From a virus (lineage: Duplodnaviria > Caudoviricetes): DNA of 46,178 nucleotides. The notes beneath the pieces were generated by a model, which was given only the letters and a program-made list of their open reading frames with translations, was not told the origin of the DNA and made no database searches. Shown piece by piece: positions 18,121 through 27,491 of the stretch. Within the stretch, counting starts at the first letter, position 1, and every line of letters begins with the position of its first letter. The position numbers were made by a program, and so were the translations under genes. Where the stretch lies: positions 1 through 46,178 of IMG/VR virus record IMGVR_UViG_3300012942_000067; one strand, written 5' to 3'.

Positions 18121-18593
18121 TCGGCCGCCTCCGGCTCGATCGGGCCGACATACTCCCAGGCGTCCGAGTAGGAGCGGGTGCGCCGGTAGACGCCCGGCTG
18201 GAAGGAGCCGGTCGACAGCACGATCGCCAGCGCGGTGCCCGTGGCACGGTGCAACTGGCGCAGGACGGTATCCGAGACGCGGGAGACCAGCTGAGCCTCC
18301 GTGCCCGGGTCGCGGTCGCTCAGCGGCTGGATGAGGAAGAAGTTCTCGTCGTCCTGGCTGATCAGGCGGTCGCCGTAGACGATCTCCGCGACGTCGGTCA
18401 GCACGTCGGAGTTGCCGTAGGGCCGCTTCAGGTCGAGCCCGGCCGCGCCTTCGTAGGCGTCGTCGTTGAAGTCGACGTTGCCGCGGCGCAGCAGCGCGAT
18501 GAGCTCCTCGGTGAGCGGGAAGGTGGTGCCAGCCTCCCAGCTGACCCCAGTAGGCGGGAGCAGCAGGCGCTGCTCCTTCGTGGGTTGAGTCAT
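18117..18593 (-). CDS. hypothetical phage protein
   Basis: GGAGGAG RBS; KRPYGNSDV motif. Confidence 0.75.
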   Translation of the reverse strand: MTQPTKEQRLLLPPTGVSWEAGTTFPLTEELIALLRRGNVDFNDDAYEGAAGLDLKRPYGNSDVLTDVAEIVYGDRLISQDDENFFLIQPLSDRDPGTEAQLVSRVSDTVLRQLHRATGTALAIVLSTGSFQPGVYRRTRSYSDAWEYVGPIEPEAAE

Positions 18594-18617
18594 GATGTCT
18601 CCTCCATCGGCGGGCAA

Positions 18618-18645
18618 TTCCCGTACTATATTTATAATACACTAA
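18618..18645 (-). promoter_or_regulatory. 28-bp dyad copy 4 in a divergent promoter region
   Basis: Minus strand reads TTAGTGTATTATAAATATAGTACGGGAA, between starts 18593(-) and 18675(+). Confidence 0.7.
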
Positions 18646-18674
18646 TGATGAACGCCGAACGTGAGGAGAACGAG

Positions 18675-18896
18675 ATGGGCCGCAAGATCGAGCTGACAGA
18701 GGCCGAGGTGGCTGTCGTGCGCCAAGCCATGAACCTGCTGGAGGTGGAGCTGGAGCAGAACAATGCCGATCCCGTCACCGGCCAGATGACCCGCTTCGAC
18801 CGCGCCAGCATGCAGGCGATGAAGCGAGTGAACGACAAGCTGGTGAAGGCCAGCCCTCGACTCCGCCACGTGAGAGCAGGCAGGATGAACGGATGA
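18675..18896 (+). CDS. hypothetical protein
   Basis: GAGGAG RBS; MGRKIELTEAE... Confidence 0.7.
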   Translation: MGRKIELTEAEVAVVRQAMNLLEVELEQNNADPVTGQMTRFDRASMQAMKRVNDKLVKASPRLRHVRAGRMNG

Positions 18897-19384
18897 GCAC
18901 GAAGCAGCGCCCGAAGGCGCGCGCCCCCAAGTCCGACATCATGCAGCTGTGGACGATCCTGTCCAGCGAGGAGTTCATCGCTCTCGGAGCCAAGAGTGCC
19001 GAGGAGGCTGCGGCGCGGTTCCTGCCGCCGCGGCACCTGGAGGGGCTGGATCGCCCGGCCACCCCGCTCACCCACGCCAACGACCTGCCGACCCTGTTCC
19101 AGCTCGCCAAGCAGCTGCACATCCGCGTCGGCCGGGTGCCGGTACGCCTGCAGGTAGAGGTGGAGATGAACCGGCAGACGGTCGGCGGCTACCTCCCGCT
19201 CTACAACGAGGACCGCTCGCTGCACTCCACCGTTGGTGCCTACCTGCTGCCGGTGCCGCGGGCGAAGTGGCTGCGGGCGATCATCGGCACCGGCGACGAG
19301 GATGACAGCAGTCTCGTCATGCACTTCCGCGACCCGCAGGGTCGTCCGGTGCTCGCTGACCCGCCGGTTCAGCGGGTGCATTAG
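18893..19384 (+). CDS. hypothetical protein
   Basis: ATGA overlap. Confidence 0.65.
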   Translation: MSTKQRPKARAPKSDIMQLWTILSSEEFIALGAKSAEEAAARFLPPRHLEGLDRPATPLTHANDLPTLFQLAKQLHIRVGRVPVRLQVEVEMNRQTVGGYLPLYNEDRSLHSTVGAYLLPVPRAKWLRAIIGTGDEDDSSLVMHFRDPQGRPVLADPPVQRVH

Positions 19385-19408
19385 TGTGTTATTAGTGTGT
19401 TACGCTAA
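19381..19408 (+). promoter_or_regulatory. 28-bp dyad copy 5
   Basis: TTAGTGTGTTATTAGTGTGTTACGCTAA, identical to copy 1. Confidence 0.8.
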
Positions 19409-19444
19409 CTAGCAGCGACAGCCGCTACCGAGAAGGAGACTCGC

Positions 19445-20371
19445 GTGAAGATCATGAAGCTGACCGACATCGGCAGCCGCCCCGAGGACGTGGCGCCGTA
19501 TATCGCCGACGACGACTGGATCATGCAGCAGAAGCTGGACGGCGCGCGCATGCAGGCCATCTACATGGAGACGCCCGAAGAGGCGGTCGGCACGTGGACG
19601 TTCACGAACGACGGCGTGGCGCCGATCAAGTTCGCCGCCGCTCTTCTAGTGCTGCCGCAGCTGGAAGCCGAGCTGGAGAAGTGGCGGCAGGCGACCGCGC
19701 CCGGCGCCAATCAGATCACCTTCGACGGCGAGCTGATCATCGAGACCGGCACCTACCACATCTTCGACGTGCTCGAATGGCACGACTGGGCCGCGCGTCA
19801 GCAGCTCATCACCCCTGAGCACTCCCTCGCCGGTCGCATCGCATTCCTGCATGGCCTCGGGCTGGAGGCGAGCTGGCGACCGCACGTGAAGCTCTCCCCG
19901 ACCGCCTGGACGAGCGACGAGAAGGCGGCGATGTGGGCGGCGGTGCAGGAGGCTGGCGTCGAGGGCGCGGTGAGCAAGCACCTCCACTCGACCTACCTCC
20001 CCGGCGCGCGCACCAAGCAGTGGCTGAAGCACAAGCTGGTGAAGGACGCCGACGTCGTGGTCCTGAACGCCACCCGCACCTTCAAGCCGAACGGGGTGGT
20101 CGAGAAGGGCTCGGCCGTGTTCGGGGTATACGTCGGCGACAAGCTGAAGAAGATCGGGGCTGCCTCGCTGATCGGCAAGGACCTCACCATCTCCCGCGGC
20201 GACGTGGTGAAGATCGCCTACCTCTACCTCGGCGAGAACGGCTCGCCGGTGCAGCCACGCATCATTGAGAAGCGCGACGACAAGCTGCCCGAGGAGTGCA
20301 CCTGGGAGCAGTTCCCGCCGTACACCCGGGCGATCGCCTGGCAGGCAGCAGCCGAGAAGGAGGCCCACTGA
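19445..20371 (+). CDS. ATP-dependent DNA ligase (adenylation plus OB domains)
   Basis: QQKLDGAR (KxDG), FDGEL, IFDVL, EGAVSK, WLKHK and QPR motifs; AAGGAG RBS. Confidence 0.88.
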   Translation: MKIMKLTDIGSRPEDVAPYIADDDWIMQQKLDGARMQAIYMETPEEAVGTWTFTNDGVAPIKFAAALLVLPQLEAELEKWRQATAPGANQITFDGELIIETGTYHIFDVLEWHDWAARQQLITPEHSLAGRIAFLHGLGLEASWRPHVKLSPTAWTSDEKAAMWAAVQEAGVEGAVSKHLHSTYLPGARTKQWLKHKLVKDADVVVLNATRTFKPNGVVEKGSAVFGVYVGDKLKKIGAASLIGKDLTISRGDVVKIAYLYLGENGSPVQPRIIEKRDDKLPEECTWEQFPPYTRAIAWQAAAEKEAH

Positions 20372-20598
20372 TGGCAACGCGACGCGCGACCCTGCTGGTG
20401 TGCGACAACCCGGCGTGCGACAACGAGTACGAGCACTCCAAGGACGACCCGGCTCCGGGCTACCACTTCGAGCGTGGCTACTGGGAGACCGGCGGCGGAG
20501 GCGGGTACCTGCCCAAGACCTATGCGTGCTCCCAGGAGTGCATCACGCCCGCGATCCTGGAGCGCATCGCTCAGCTGGTGCGAGGTGACGTCGCATGA
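20371..20598 (+). CDS. small Zn-finger-like protein
   Basis: CDNPAC...CSQEC; AAGGAGG RBS. Confidence 0.7.
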   Translation: MATRRATLLVCDNPACDNEYEHSKDDPAPGYHFERGYWETGGGGGYLPKTYACSQECITPAILERIAQLVRGDVA

Positions 20599-20903
20599 TC
20601 CGCCACCCGCGCCGGAAGTTCCCGGTGGAGTTCGGCGTCACGCTCGCTGAGCTCGCCGTGCTGTGCCAGGAGCACTCGATCGATCCGAGCGAAGCCCACA
20701 TCGAGCGGCACGTCAGGTTCAACGGCTCCGAGCTGGAGTCCCGGCTGCTTCTGATTGAGGGCGAGCCGGACCTGCACGCCCTCGCCGTCGAGCTGCAGCG
20801 AGAGCTGCGCCCGGCGAAGGAGCCGACGCCGCACGAATGGAGCTACGGCGTTGACTCGGACCTGCTCGATCTTCCGACTCCCGAGGAGTTCTTCAATGGC
20901 TAG
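20595..20903 (+). CDS. hypothetical protein
   Basis: ATGA overlap, GAGG RBS. Confidence 0.65.
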   Translation: MIRHPRRKFPVEFGVTLAELAVLCQEHSIDPSEAHIERHVRFNGSELESRLLLIEGEPDLHALAVELQRELRPAKEPTPHEWSYGVDSDLLDLPTPEEFFNG

Positions 20904-21255
20904 GCACGCGGCGTCCTCGCCCACCACTCAGACTGCTCCGGCCGACGCGACGCCTTTCGGCACACCGAGCGCCAAGGAGCTGGAGTCCCGCTACGTCGAG
21001 CTCGACCCGCGCCCGGAGGTGCGGCCGCGTCGCGTCTCGGTGCTCGTGCATATGCCACACGTCGGGAGGTGGCGGCACGAAACGACGAAGGTGCTCTGCT
21101 ACCGCTGGCCGGGCGGCAAGCTCGCCGTCGGCGACACTGTGGAGCTGCCGCCGATGCCCTACGACCCGAAGCCGCACTACGGCCTGGTCGTGCACCTGAA
21201 GGGCGTGGCCGGATACTCCGGCGACGTGAAAGACATCGTGAGGAGAGTCAGCTGA
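20896..21255 (+). CDS. hypothetical protein
   Basis: GAGGAG RBS; LAVGDTVELP SH3-like segment. Confidence 0.65.
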   Translation: MARHAASSPTTQTAPADATPFGTPSAKELESRYVELDPRPEVRPRRVSVLVHMPHVGRWRHETTKVLCYRWPGGKLAVGDTVELPPMPYDPKPHYGLVVHLKGVAGYSGDVKDIVRRVS

Positions 21256-21536
21256 TGGCTGCACCGCAAAGACGCCCGAGCGTGCTGAACTCCAACCGGC
21301 AGTGGGCACTGTGGCACCTGGCGCAGGCGGAGAACATGCTCCCGCGCATGTACCAGCCCGGATCGCCGCTGCCGATGGAGGTCACCTACCACCTGCAGGC
21401 CGCGCAGGCTCGCGCCACGCTGGCCGTGGCCGATGAGAAGCGAGGCCCGCTGGAATGGACTCCGACCGTGTGGCAAGACTCCGACTCCAAGCTGGCCGAG
21501 CCGGACGAGAAGGAGGGCGAGGACGATGCCTCGTAA
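21255..21536 (+). CDS. hypothetical protein
   Basis: AGGAG RBS, TGATG coupling. Confidence 0.65.
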   Translation: MAAPQRRPSVLNSNRQWALWHLAQAENMLPRMYQPGSPLPMEVTYHLQAAQARATLAVADEKRGPLEWTPTVWQDSDSKLAEPDEKEGEDDAS

Positions 21537-21885
21537 GACTGCAGCAGAGCTCGCCGCTGAGCGAGCGATCGAGGAAGACCCGACGCGCGTCACGCTGGCA
21601 CGGGCGCGCTCCCGTATCGGCTCGAAGGTTGTCTACCTGGCGGCCGGGCGCCCGAACGGCGAGGCCGACGAGGTGGGCGTGATCATGTACGTCGGCGAGA
21701 CTTACGTCATGGTCGACTACGGCAAGCCGGGCGGTAAGCAGGAGGCGAAGGCGACCTATCCGAACGACCTGCGCTTCCTCACCCACCCCGCTACGCGGCG
21801 CGCGCCGAGCCCGGAGGAGACGGCTCGCCTGCGCAGCCTCTCGCGCCACGACGACGGCCTGGAGCCGGACGGGGAGATCGGCTGA
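21526..21885 (+). CDS. hypothetical protein, SH3-like
   Basis: IGSKVVY...EVGVI...VMVDY...ATYPNDL. Confidence 0.65.
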   Translation: MPRKTAAELAAERAIEEDPTRVTLARARSRIGSKVVYLAAGRPNGEADEVGVIMYVGETYVMVDYGKPGGKQEAKATYPNDLRFLTHPATRRAPSPEETARLRSLSRHDDGLEPDGEIG

Positions 21886-22175
21886 TGGCGTCCTCGTACT
21901 TCCACCTGCCCCGGCCGAACGGTCCCGGCGTGCTCATCTTCGACGGCGCCGACGGCAATACCTATGCGGCGATGCTCGTCGTCGACCACGTGACGGCCAC
22001 GCTGAAGTTCCCGGACCCGGAGCTGCACCTGGAGATCGAGGCGACGACGGTGAACGGCCTCACCATCTATCAGGGCCGCGCCAGCGACGTGCTGCGCAAG
22101 CGTCCCGCCATCGCCCAGACGCAGAATGAGCTGGAGTCGGACGAGCCCATCGAGGGCGAGATCATCGAGGACTGA
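21885..22175 (+). CDS. hypothetical protein
   Basis: TGATG coupling, GGAG RBS. Confidence 0.65.
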   Translation: MASSYFHLPRPNGPGVLIFDGADGNTYAAMLVVDHVTATLKFPDPELHLEIEATTVNGLTIYQGRASDVLRKRPAIAQTQNELESDEPIEGEIIED

Positions 22176-22192
22176 CGGATAGAATCCGGCTC

Positions 22193-22756
22193 ATGGACGC
22201 TCAGCATCGCTACTCGATCGCCTCCACCACCAACGTCAACGGCCCGATGGGTCACCTGATCAAGGCGGTGGAGCTGTCGCAGTTCGCCCACTCCTACATC
22301 GTCCTCGCCGACCGCATCTGTGAGGCGGCTCCCGGCGGCGTGCGATTCCGCGCACTAGAGGAGTGGACCGGGGCAGGTAAGACCGTCTACTCCTCGGCCA
22401 CCGTCGACCTGACCACGACCCAGCAGGACGCGCTGGAGCTGTGGTGCGAGGCGCAGATCGGCAAGCGCTACGACTACTTCGGCGACTTCATCGTGGGCCT
22501 GGACGCGCTGTGGCTGCGCTCGGCGAAGCGGCACGATGAAGAGTTCCGGGCGGTGGAGACGTGGCTGGACAAGGACGACCGCTGGTTCTGCTCGGCTATG
22601 GCAGACGCCGGGATGAGCGCGGCGGGCGTGAAGCTGTTCGACGACGGCCGACCCTTCCACGCCGTCTCGCCTGCCAACCTCGCCGCCAGGCTCATCGACC
22701 TGGGCAACGTGCCGGAGATCGCGGGCGTGCCGCAGAACGTCACTCTGCGGGCTTGA
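22193..22756 (+). CDS. permuted papain-like NlpC/P60 (YiiX/YaeF-type) enzyme
   Basis: His before Cys: SQFAHSYIV, ICEA.PGGV, QIGKRYDY, WFCSAM, VSPANL. Leaderless TAGAAT promoter. Confidence 0.7.
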   Translation: MDAQHRYSIASTTNVNGPMGHLIKAVELSQFAHSYIVLADRICEAAPGGVRFRALEEWTGAGKTVYSSATVDLTTTQQDALELWCEAQIGKRYDYFGDFIVGLDALWLRSAKRHDEEFRAVETWLDKDDRWFCSAMADAGMSAAGVKLFDDGRPFHAVSPANLAARLIDLGNVPEIAGVPQNVTLRA

Positions 22757-22783
22757 TCCACGTCCTAGTACCGATCCTCTGAG

Positions 22784-22811
22784 TTAGTGTGTTATTCTTA
22801 TAACACGCAAA
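22784..22811 (+). promoter_or_regulatory. 28-bp dyad copy 6
   Basis: TTAGTGTGTTA-TTCTTA-TAACACGCAAA. Confidence 0.8.
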
Positions 22812-22826
22812 CAGAAGGAGGGCGAG

Positions 22827-23156
22827 ATGCCTCGTCAGGGTTCGTACCGCAAGTCCGGAGATGACAGCTACGCCTACGCCGCGCAGGACGTGCGGACGCT
22901 GGTGTCGACCTTGGAGCCGGAGGACGTGCTGCACCTGCAGACGGCCGCACAGCTTCTCGGCACGGACGTCGCATCGGCCGAAGCTCGGCTGCGCAAGCTT
23001 GTGCAGCTCGGCTACCTCCACATGGCAGCGCTGCGAGACGAGGACGGGAAGTTCATCGACTTCACCTTCCGCTTCGAGCCCGGGCAGTATGGCCGCCTGG
23101 TCGCTGGGCTCAACTCCACCAAGCGCGACCGCGCCTCCGAACCGGTCGCCAAGTAA
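22827..23156 (+). CDS. putative winged-HTH DNA-binding protein
   Basis: LQTAAQLLGTDVASAEARLRKLVQLGYL; AAGGAGG RBS. Confidence 0.6.
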   Translation: MPRQGSYRKSGDDSYAYAAQDVRTLVSTLEPEDVLHLQTAAQLLGTDVASAEARLRKLVQLGYLHMAALRDEDGKFIDFTFRFEPGQYGRLVAGLNSTKRDRASEPVAK

Positions 23157-23183
23157 TCGCAAGTCGAGATGAAGGGAAGCATC

Positions 23184-23576
23184 ATGGCACGCACCGCCAC
23201 TGCCGCAGTCGCGGCCGTCCCCACCGAGGCGGCTCACGCCGCTGTCACGCCCACCATGCTGGCGCGCTACACCGAGCTGCGCGAGGAGATCGCCGCACGG
23301 AAGAAGGAGCTGGACAAGCTCAACGCGCAGATCAAGGACAGCCTGAAGCCGGGCGAGCACCAGATCGGCGCCTTCAACGTCACCGTGCGCGAGCGTCGCG
23401 GCACGATCAAGGCCGACGCCTTCGCGCTCGCGTTCCCGGCCGCCAAGCCGATCAACCGCAAGTTCTACAAGCGGGTGCCGAACCTGACCGCCATCTTCAA
23501 GTGGCTTCCCGCGGAGCGCGCCAAGGCGTTCTTCGACACCACCCTCGAACTGAACGTCAGCCGCGTCGAGAACTGA
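23184..23576 (+). CDS. hypothetical basic coiled-coil protein
   Basis: AAGGGA RBS; YTELREEIAARKKELDKLNAQIK. Confidence 0.7.
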   Translation: MARTATAAVAAVPTEAAHAAVTPTMLARYTELREEIAARKKELDKLNAQIKDSLKPGEHQIGAFNVTVRERRGTIKADAFALAFPAAKPINRKFYKRVPNLTAIFKWLPAERAKAFFDTTLELNVSRVEN

Positions 23577-23625
23577 CCGGCTGGCGCCACCGCCCACCGC
23601 CACGCTCATCCAAGGAGAGGATCAC

Positions 23626-24120
23626 ATGAGCACCCACACCAGCAACCTGTACTCCCGCTATCTCGCGTCCACCTGGGCCGACCGCATCGTCGACCAGGCC
23701 GGGGCGAAGATCACCTACGCCAACTCCTATAACCTCGGCATCCTGACCGCTGAGGCGAAGGAGAGCAACCGCGAGCGCTTCTTCGGCGAACACAGGTGGT
23801 ACTACGCCGACGTCATCGTCTCCGTCGTGCCCACGGGCGACGTCCGCTACGACGATCTGCCGCAGGCTCGCGAGGAGATCGCGGACGCGCTCCTGACGGC
23901 GCAGCCCTCGCTGCAGCTGTTCCGCGAGGACGGCAACATCTACCTCTTCGCCGAGGCGCACGGCTCCAACGTCTGCTTCGAGCTCGGCCAGGGCGTGTGT
24001 GAGAAGGTGGTCGTCGGCTACCGCGACGTCCCCGCGAAGCCCGCCCACTCCGAGCCCATCTACGAGGTGCGCTGCATCGACCCGCTCGCCGGGCTGCAGA
24101 CCGCGGAGGTGTCCGCATGA
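23626..24120 (+). CDS. hypothetical protein
   Basis: AAGGAGAGG RBS. Confidence 0.75.
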   Translation: MSTHTSNLYSRYLASTWADRIVDQAGAKITYANSYNLGILTAEAKESNRERFFGEHRWYYADVIVSVVPTGDVRYDDLPQAREEIADALLTAQPSLQLFREDGNIYLFAEAHGSNVCFELGQGVCEKVVVGYRDVPAKPAHSEPIYEVRCIDPLAGLQTAEVSA

Positions 24121-24467
24121 CCGAGCAGACGCCCGTCCCGGCCGCCGAGGATGAGGGCGAGCAGGTGCCGCAGGCTGGCTTCCAGCTGACCATCCGCTCG
24201 GTCGGGCCGATGGAGGCGATCCTCACGGAGCCGATAGCGACCATCCAGACTGAGGACGGCGACGTGCACCTCGGCCGCACGCCGGAGGGCCGTACCCTCG
24301 TTGCCTCGCTGGCGACGGCCGACGGCCGGAGCGTGAAGATCGACCTGCTCCCGCTCTGGGACGCCATGGTTGAGCAGGCGCTCGTGCTGTCGCGCCGTCA
24401 GAGCTACTCGGACGCCATGCTGGCGGAGCTGGAGCAGATGAACGAGGCCGGAAGGGCGGCGGAGTAA
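24117..24467 (+). CDS. hypothetical protein
   Basis: GGAGG RBS, ATGA overlap. Confidence 0.7.
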   Translation: MTEQTPVPAAEDEGEQVPQAGFQLTIRSVGPMEAILTEPIATIQTEDGDVHLGRTPEGRTLVASLATADGRSVKIDLLPLWDAMVEQALVLSRRQSYSDAMLAELEQMNEAGRAAE

Positions 24468-24898
24468 TGCGCATCGGCATGGGCCTGCCCGGCCCGTTCT
24501 TCGTCAGCTTCCGCTTCCGACCCATCCGTGGCATGACGGGGTTCATCGGCGGCCTGTTCCAGCTGTTCTGGGGCCTGCTGGTCTTCAGCTACTACGCCAT
24601 GATCAGCGTGGTGCTCCTCGCCATCCTGCTCTACCGCCTGGTCAACGTCACCGTGCGCTTCATCCGCGCTCTGCGCGCCGCTCGCGCGGCGAGAGAGACC
24701 CGGGTGGATAACCCCGCCACCAAGCCGTCAACGCCTGCGAGCGGGGCTGCCAGCGCCGCCGAGCACCCTGCAGCGGAGCCTGCGACGAGCCCCGCGACAA
24801 GCTCGGCCCCGCGCCACTCGGCTGCAGTGCCGATTACTGCCGCAGGTCCCCGCGACTGGCGCCCAACGGAGCGCTCCGGGGATCGGCCGCTGCTCTGA
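24467..24898 (+). CDS. membrane protein
   Basis: Long hydrophobic segment FIGGLFQLFWGLLVF...VVLLAILLY; TAATG coupling. Confidence 0.65.
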   Translation: MRIGMGLPGPFFVSFRFRPIRGMTGFIGGLFQLFWGLLVFSYYAMISVVLLAILLYRLVNVTVRFIRALRAARAARETRVDNPATKPSTPASGAASAAEHPAAEPATSPATSSAPRHSAAVPITAAGPRDWRPTERSGDRPLL

Positions 24899-24899
24899 G

Positions 24900-24927
24900 T
24901 TAGTGTGTTACAGTAATAACACACTAA
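24900..24927. promoter_or_regulatory. 28-bp dyad copy 7 (perfect inverted repeat)
   Basis: TTAGTGTGTTA-CAGTAA-TAACACACTAA. Confidence 0.85.
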
Positions 24928-24950
24928 TTACGCCGAGCGAAGGAGACGTC

Positions 24951-25232
24951 ATGGCGTACGAGGATTCCGGTTCCGCCGAGAACACGCCCTACTACCCCAG
25001 CCGACATGTGCTGGAGAAGATGGCGGCTCGCGACGTGAGCTGGGCCGAGGTGCTCACGGTCCTCACGGACCCGGAGCAGACCTGGACGAGCTTCAACCCG
25101 CGCGGTCGTGTCACGGTCAGCCAGCGCGGCGACCTCGCCGTGGTCAGCGCCGACAACGGCACGATAATCACCATCTTGCTCCGCTCGCAGTCCGAGTGGA
25201 GCGACGCCGACGTGCAGAAGCGTCGTCGGTAA
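24951..25232 (+). CDS. DUF4258-like protein (RelE/BrnT-like fold)
   Basis: SRHVLEKMAARDVSWAEVLTVLTDPE...LAVV...IITIL; AAGGAG RBS. Confidence 0.6.
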   Translation: MAYEDSGSAENTPYYPSRHVLEKMAARDVSWAEVLTVLTDPEQTWTSFNPRGRVTVSQRGDLAVVSADNGTIITILLRSQSEWSDADVQKRRR

Positions 25233-25273
25233 CCGCCGCGAGACGGACTCTCGCCAAGCTGAAGGAGACAGCA

Positions 25274-25960
25274 ATGAGCACCACCGGCAACAACTACCCC
25301 GACCCGCTGGGTCAGCCCAACATCCCGGCGCCGGTCGCCTCGCGCGGCAGGGGCCTCGGGATCACCGCCCTCATCCTCGGAATCGTGTCGTTCGCGACCG
25401 TCTGGATTCCGTTCTGGGGCTACTTCATCATCTTCCTCGCCGTGGTCGCGGTGGTGCTCGGCATCATCGCCCTCGTGCAGAAGCGAGGGAGCGGCCAGGG
25501 CCTCATCGGCCTGATCTTCGGAGCGGTCGGCCTCATCCTCGCCATCGTGTTCTCGATCGTCTGGTCGGCGCTGTTCGCCGTCGCCAGCAGCACCGACACC
25601 ACGGCAGCCGCGCAGGCCCACGAGGCCAGCTCCGCGCCGAGCGTGGCCGCGTCCGCCCCGGCGAAGTCGACGCCGAGCCCGGCCTCCAAGCTCTACACCG
25701 TCACCTTCTCCGGCCCCGCAGGCTCCACGGCAACGTGGGACAGCGCGGACGGCAGCACCCAGCAGGAGACCATTCCGAGCTCCGGCACGCTGATCGAGAA
25801 GATTCCCGCGCAGCCCTTCATCGGCATCAACGCCAACGTCGTCTCCTTCTCGGGAGGCAACGCGAAGTGCACCGTCGTCACGCCCTCCGGCAAGACCTAC
25901 GTCGCCGGAGGCCAGGCCACGACCACCATGGCGACCTGCCCTGACGGTCTCGGCGACTGA
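25274..25960 (+). CDS. membrane protein (DUF4190-like helices, Ala/Pro linker, extracellular two-Cys domain)
   Basis: GLGITALILGIV...LGIIAL...GLIFGAVG; C-terminal AKCTV...ATC. Confidence 0.7.
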   Translation: MSTTGNNYPDPLGQPNIPAPVASRGRGLGITALILGIVSFATVWIPFWGYFIIFLAVVAVVLGIIALVQKRGSGQGLIGLIFGAVGLILAIVFSIVWSALFAVASSTDTTAAAQAHEASSAPSVAASAPAKSTPSPASKLYTVTFSGPAGSTATWDSADGSTQQETIPSSGTLIEKIPAQPFIGINANVVSFSGGNAKCTVVTPSGKTYVAGGQATTTMATCPDGLGD

Positions 25961-25992
25961 CGCCTCGCTGACCCGAGCGAGACGGCTACCTC

Positions 25993-26024
25993 AGCGGCGG
26001 TCGGACACGACTCCGGCCGCCGCT
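25993..26024 (+). terminator. GC-rich hairpin without U-tract
   Basis: AGCGGCGGTCGGA-CACGAC-TCCGGCCGCCGCT, 13-bp stem in the intergenic gap. Confidence 0.5.
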
Positions 26025-26069
26025 CGCATACCCCGCACCTCCAAATCCTCACCCCGAAGGATTCCCCAC

Positions 26070-27491
26070 ATGACCGACCAGCTGGTCGAGACAGGGCGCA
26101 TCGTGCTCGTTCCTCGACACATCTCCGCCGGGGCTCTGCTGCCTCAGCCGGAGCACCACAAGAGGAGGGTGGCGCAGATCGCTGCCATCATCCCCGCCTA
26201 CAACGAAGAGGCGCACATCGCCCGGGCCATTGCCTCGCTCCTGGAGCAGACGCGGGTGCCGGACGTGATTCACGTCGTCGTCAACAACTCCTCCGACAAC
26301 ACCTTCTGGGTGGCGAAGGAGAGCGAGGGGACGAAGATCATGTCCTACCGCGGCGTCGACTACGCCACCGAGGTGATCGTTCACGACATGGGCGCGAACC
26401 CGGACAAGAAGGTGGGCGCGCTGAACTACGGCTACTCCTGGGCAGCCGGAGCCGACCTCGTCCTCGGCATGGACGCCGACGTCGTGGCGCACAAGCGCGC
26501 CGTCGAGCAGCTGGAGGCCGAGATTCTCTCCGACAGCCGCATCGGCGGCATCTCCGCCATCTACTCCATCGACGCCAGCGCGTTCCACGGCGTCGGATCG
26601 AAGTGGCTCGTGGCAGGGCAAAACGCGCAGTTCGCTGCCTTCAACATGGCGAACCTGCTCCGCAACCGTCAGATGGCCGTCCTCGGCGGCCAGCTCTCCA
26701 TCTTCCGAGTGGAGGCGATCGAGCGGGTGATGGAGCGCTTCAACCAGCAGACGCCCTACGTCCGCGACTCCGAGGTGGAGGACAGCTACCTCAGCCTGCA
26801 GATCAAGGCGGTGGGCTTCCAGACGAAGATCAGCGCCTCGGCGCGCGCCTTCGTCGGCGGCATGCCGACCGTCCGTGCCTTGCATTCGCAGCAGCTGAAA
26901 TGGGTGGCCGGTACGGCGAAGCTCATGATGCAGCACCCGTTCCATCCCAACCTGCGCCTGCGCTGGTTCGAGACGGTGAGCATGGCGTTCAACATCGCCT
27001 CGCGGCTGGGGTTCCTGGCGCTGCTCGCGGCGTCGCTCTCCAGCCACATGTACGCCTTCAACCCAGTGTGGCTGGTGCCGCCGGTCGTCGCGTGGATGCT
27101 GAACATCCGCACGACGGCGACCATGAAGCACCGCACCGCTGCCGACTGGGTGTACTCAGTGCTGTTCATCCCGGCGGAGATCTACATGGTGCTGCGCATC
27201 ATCCACTTCGTCGTCGCGTGGTGGCAGGTGCTCGGCAAAGGCGAGCACGACTACTGGGCCGATCAGGCGCGCAGCGAGTCGGGGACGGGAGGCTCGGCGG
27301 GAATCCTCTGGCCTGCCTTCAGCTTCCTGCTCGTCTCAGCGTTCGTGGTGTTCACCTGGCTGCATCTGCAGGCGTCGCTGCAGTCCGCCATTCTGGAGGT
27401 GGCGTGGCCGATGCTCTCGGTGGTCACGGTGCTGCTGACGGTGACGATGCTGCGCAAGCTGCTGCAGCGCCACCGCGGGTTCCGCGCATGA
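26070..27491 (+). CDS. membrane-integrated GT2 glycan synthase (PgaC/IcaA/NodC-like)
   Basis: IPAYNEE, KKVGALN, MDAD, VEDS and QQLKW (QxxRW variant), followed by several TM helices. Confidence 0.85.
   Translation: MTDQLVETGRIVLVPRHISAGALLPQPEHHKRRVAQIAAIIPAYNEEAHIARAIASLLEQTRVPDVIHVVVNNSSDNTFWVAKESEGTKIMSYRGVDYATEVIVHDMGANPDKKVGALNYGYSWAAGADLVLGMDADVVAHKRAVEQLEAEILSDSRIGGISAIYSIDASAFHGVGSKWLVAGQNAQFAAFNMANLLRNRQMAVLGGQLSIFRVEAIERVMERFNQQTPYVRDSEVEDSYLSLQIKAVGFQTKISASARAFVGGMPTVRALHSQQLKWVAGTAKLMMQHPFHPNLRLRWFETVSMAFNIASRLGFLALLAASLSSHMYAFNPVWLVPPVVAWMLNIRTTATMKHRTAADWVYSVLFIPAEIYMVLRIIHFVVAWWQVLGKGEHDYWADQARSESGTGGSAGILWPAFSFLLVSAFVVFTWLHLQASLQSAILEVAWPMLSVVTVLLTVTMLRKLLQRHRGFRA

Noticed and set aside
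24951-25232. Toxin-antitoxin pair
   Set aside because: No adjacent antitoxin-like gene, and the fold call is tentative
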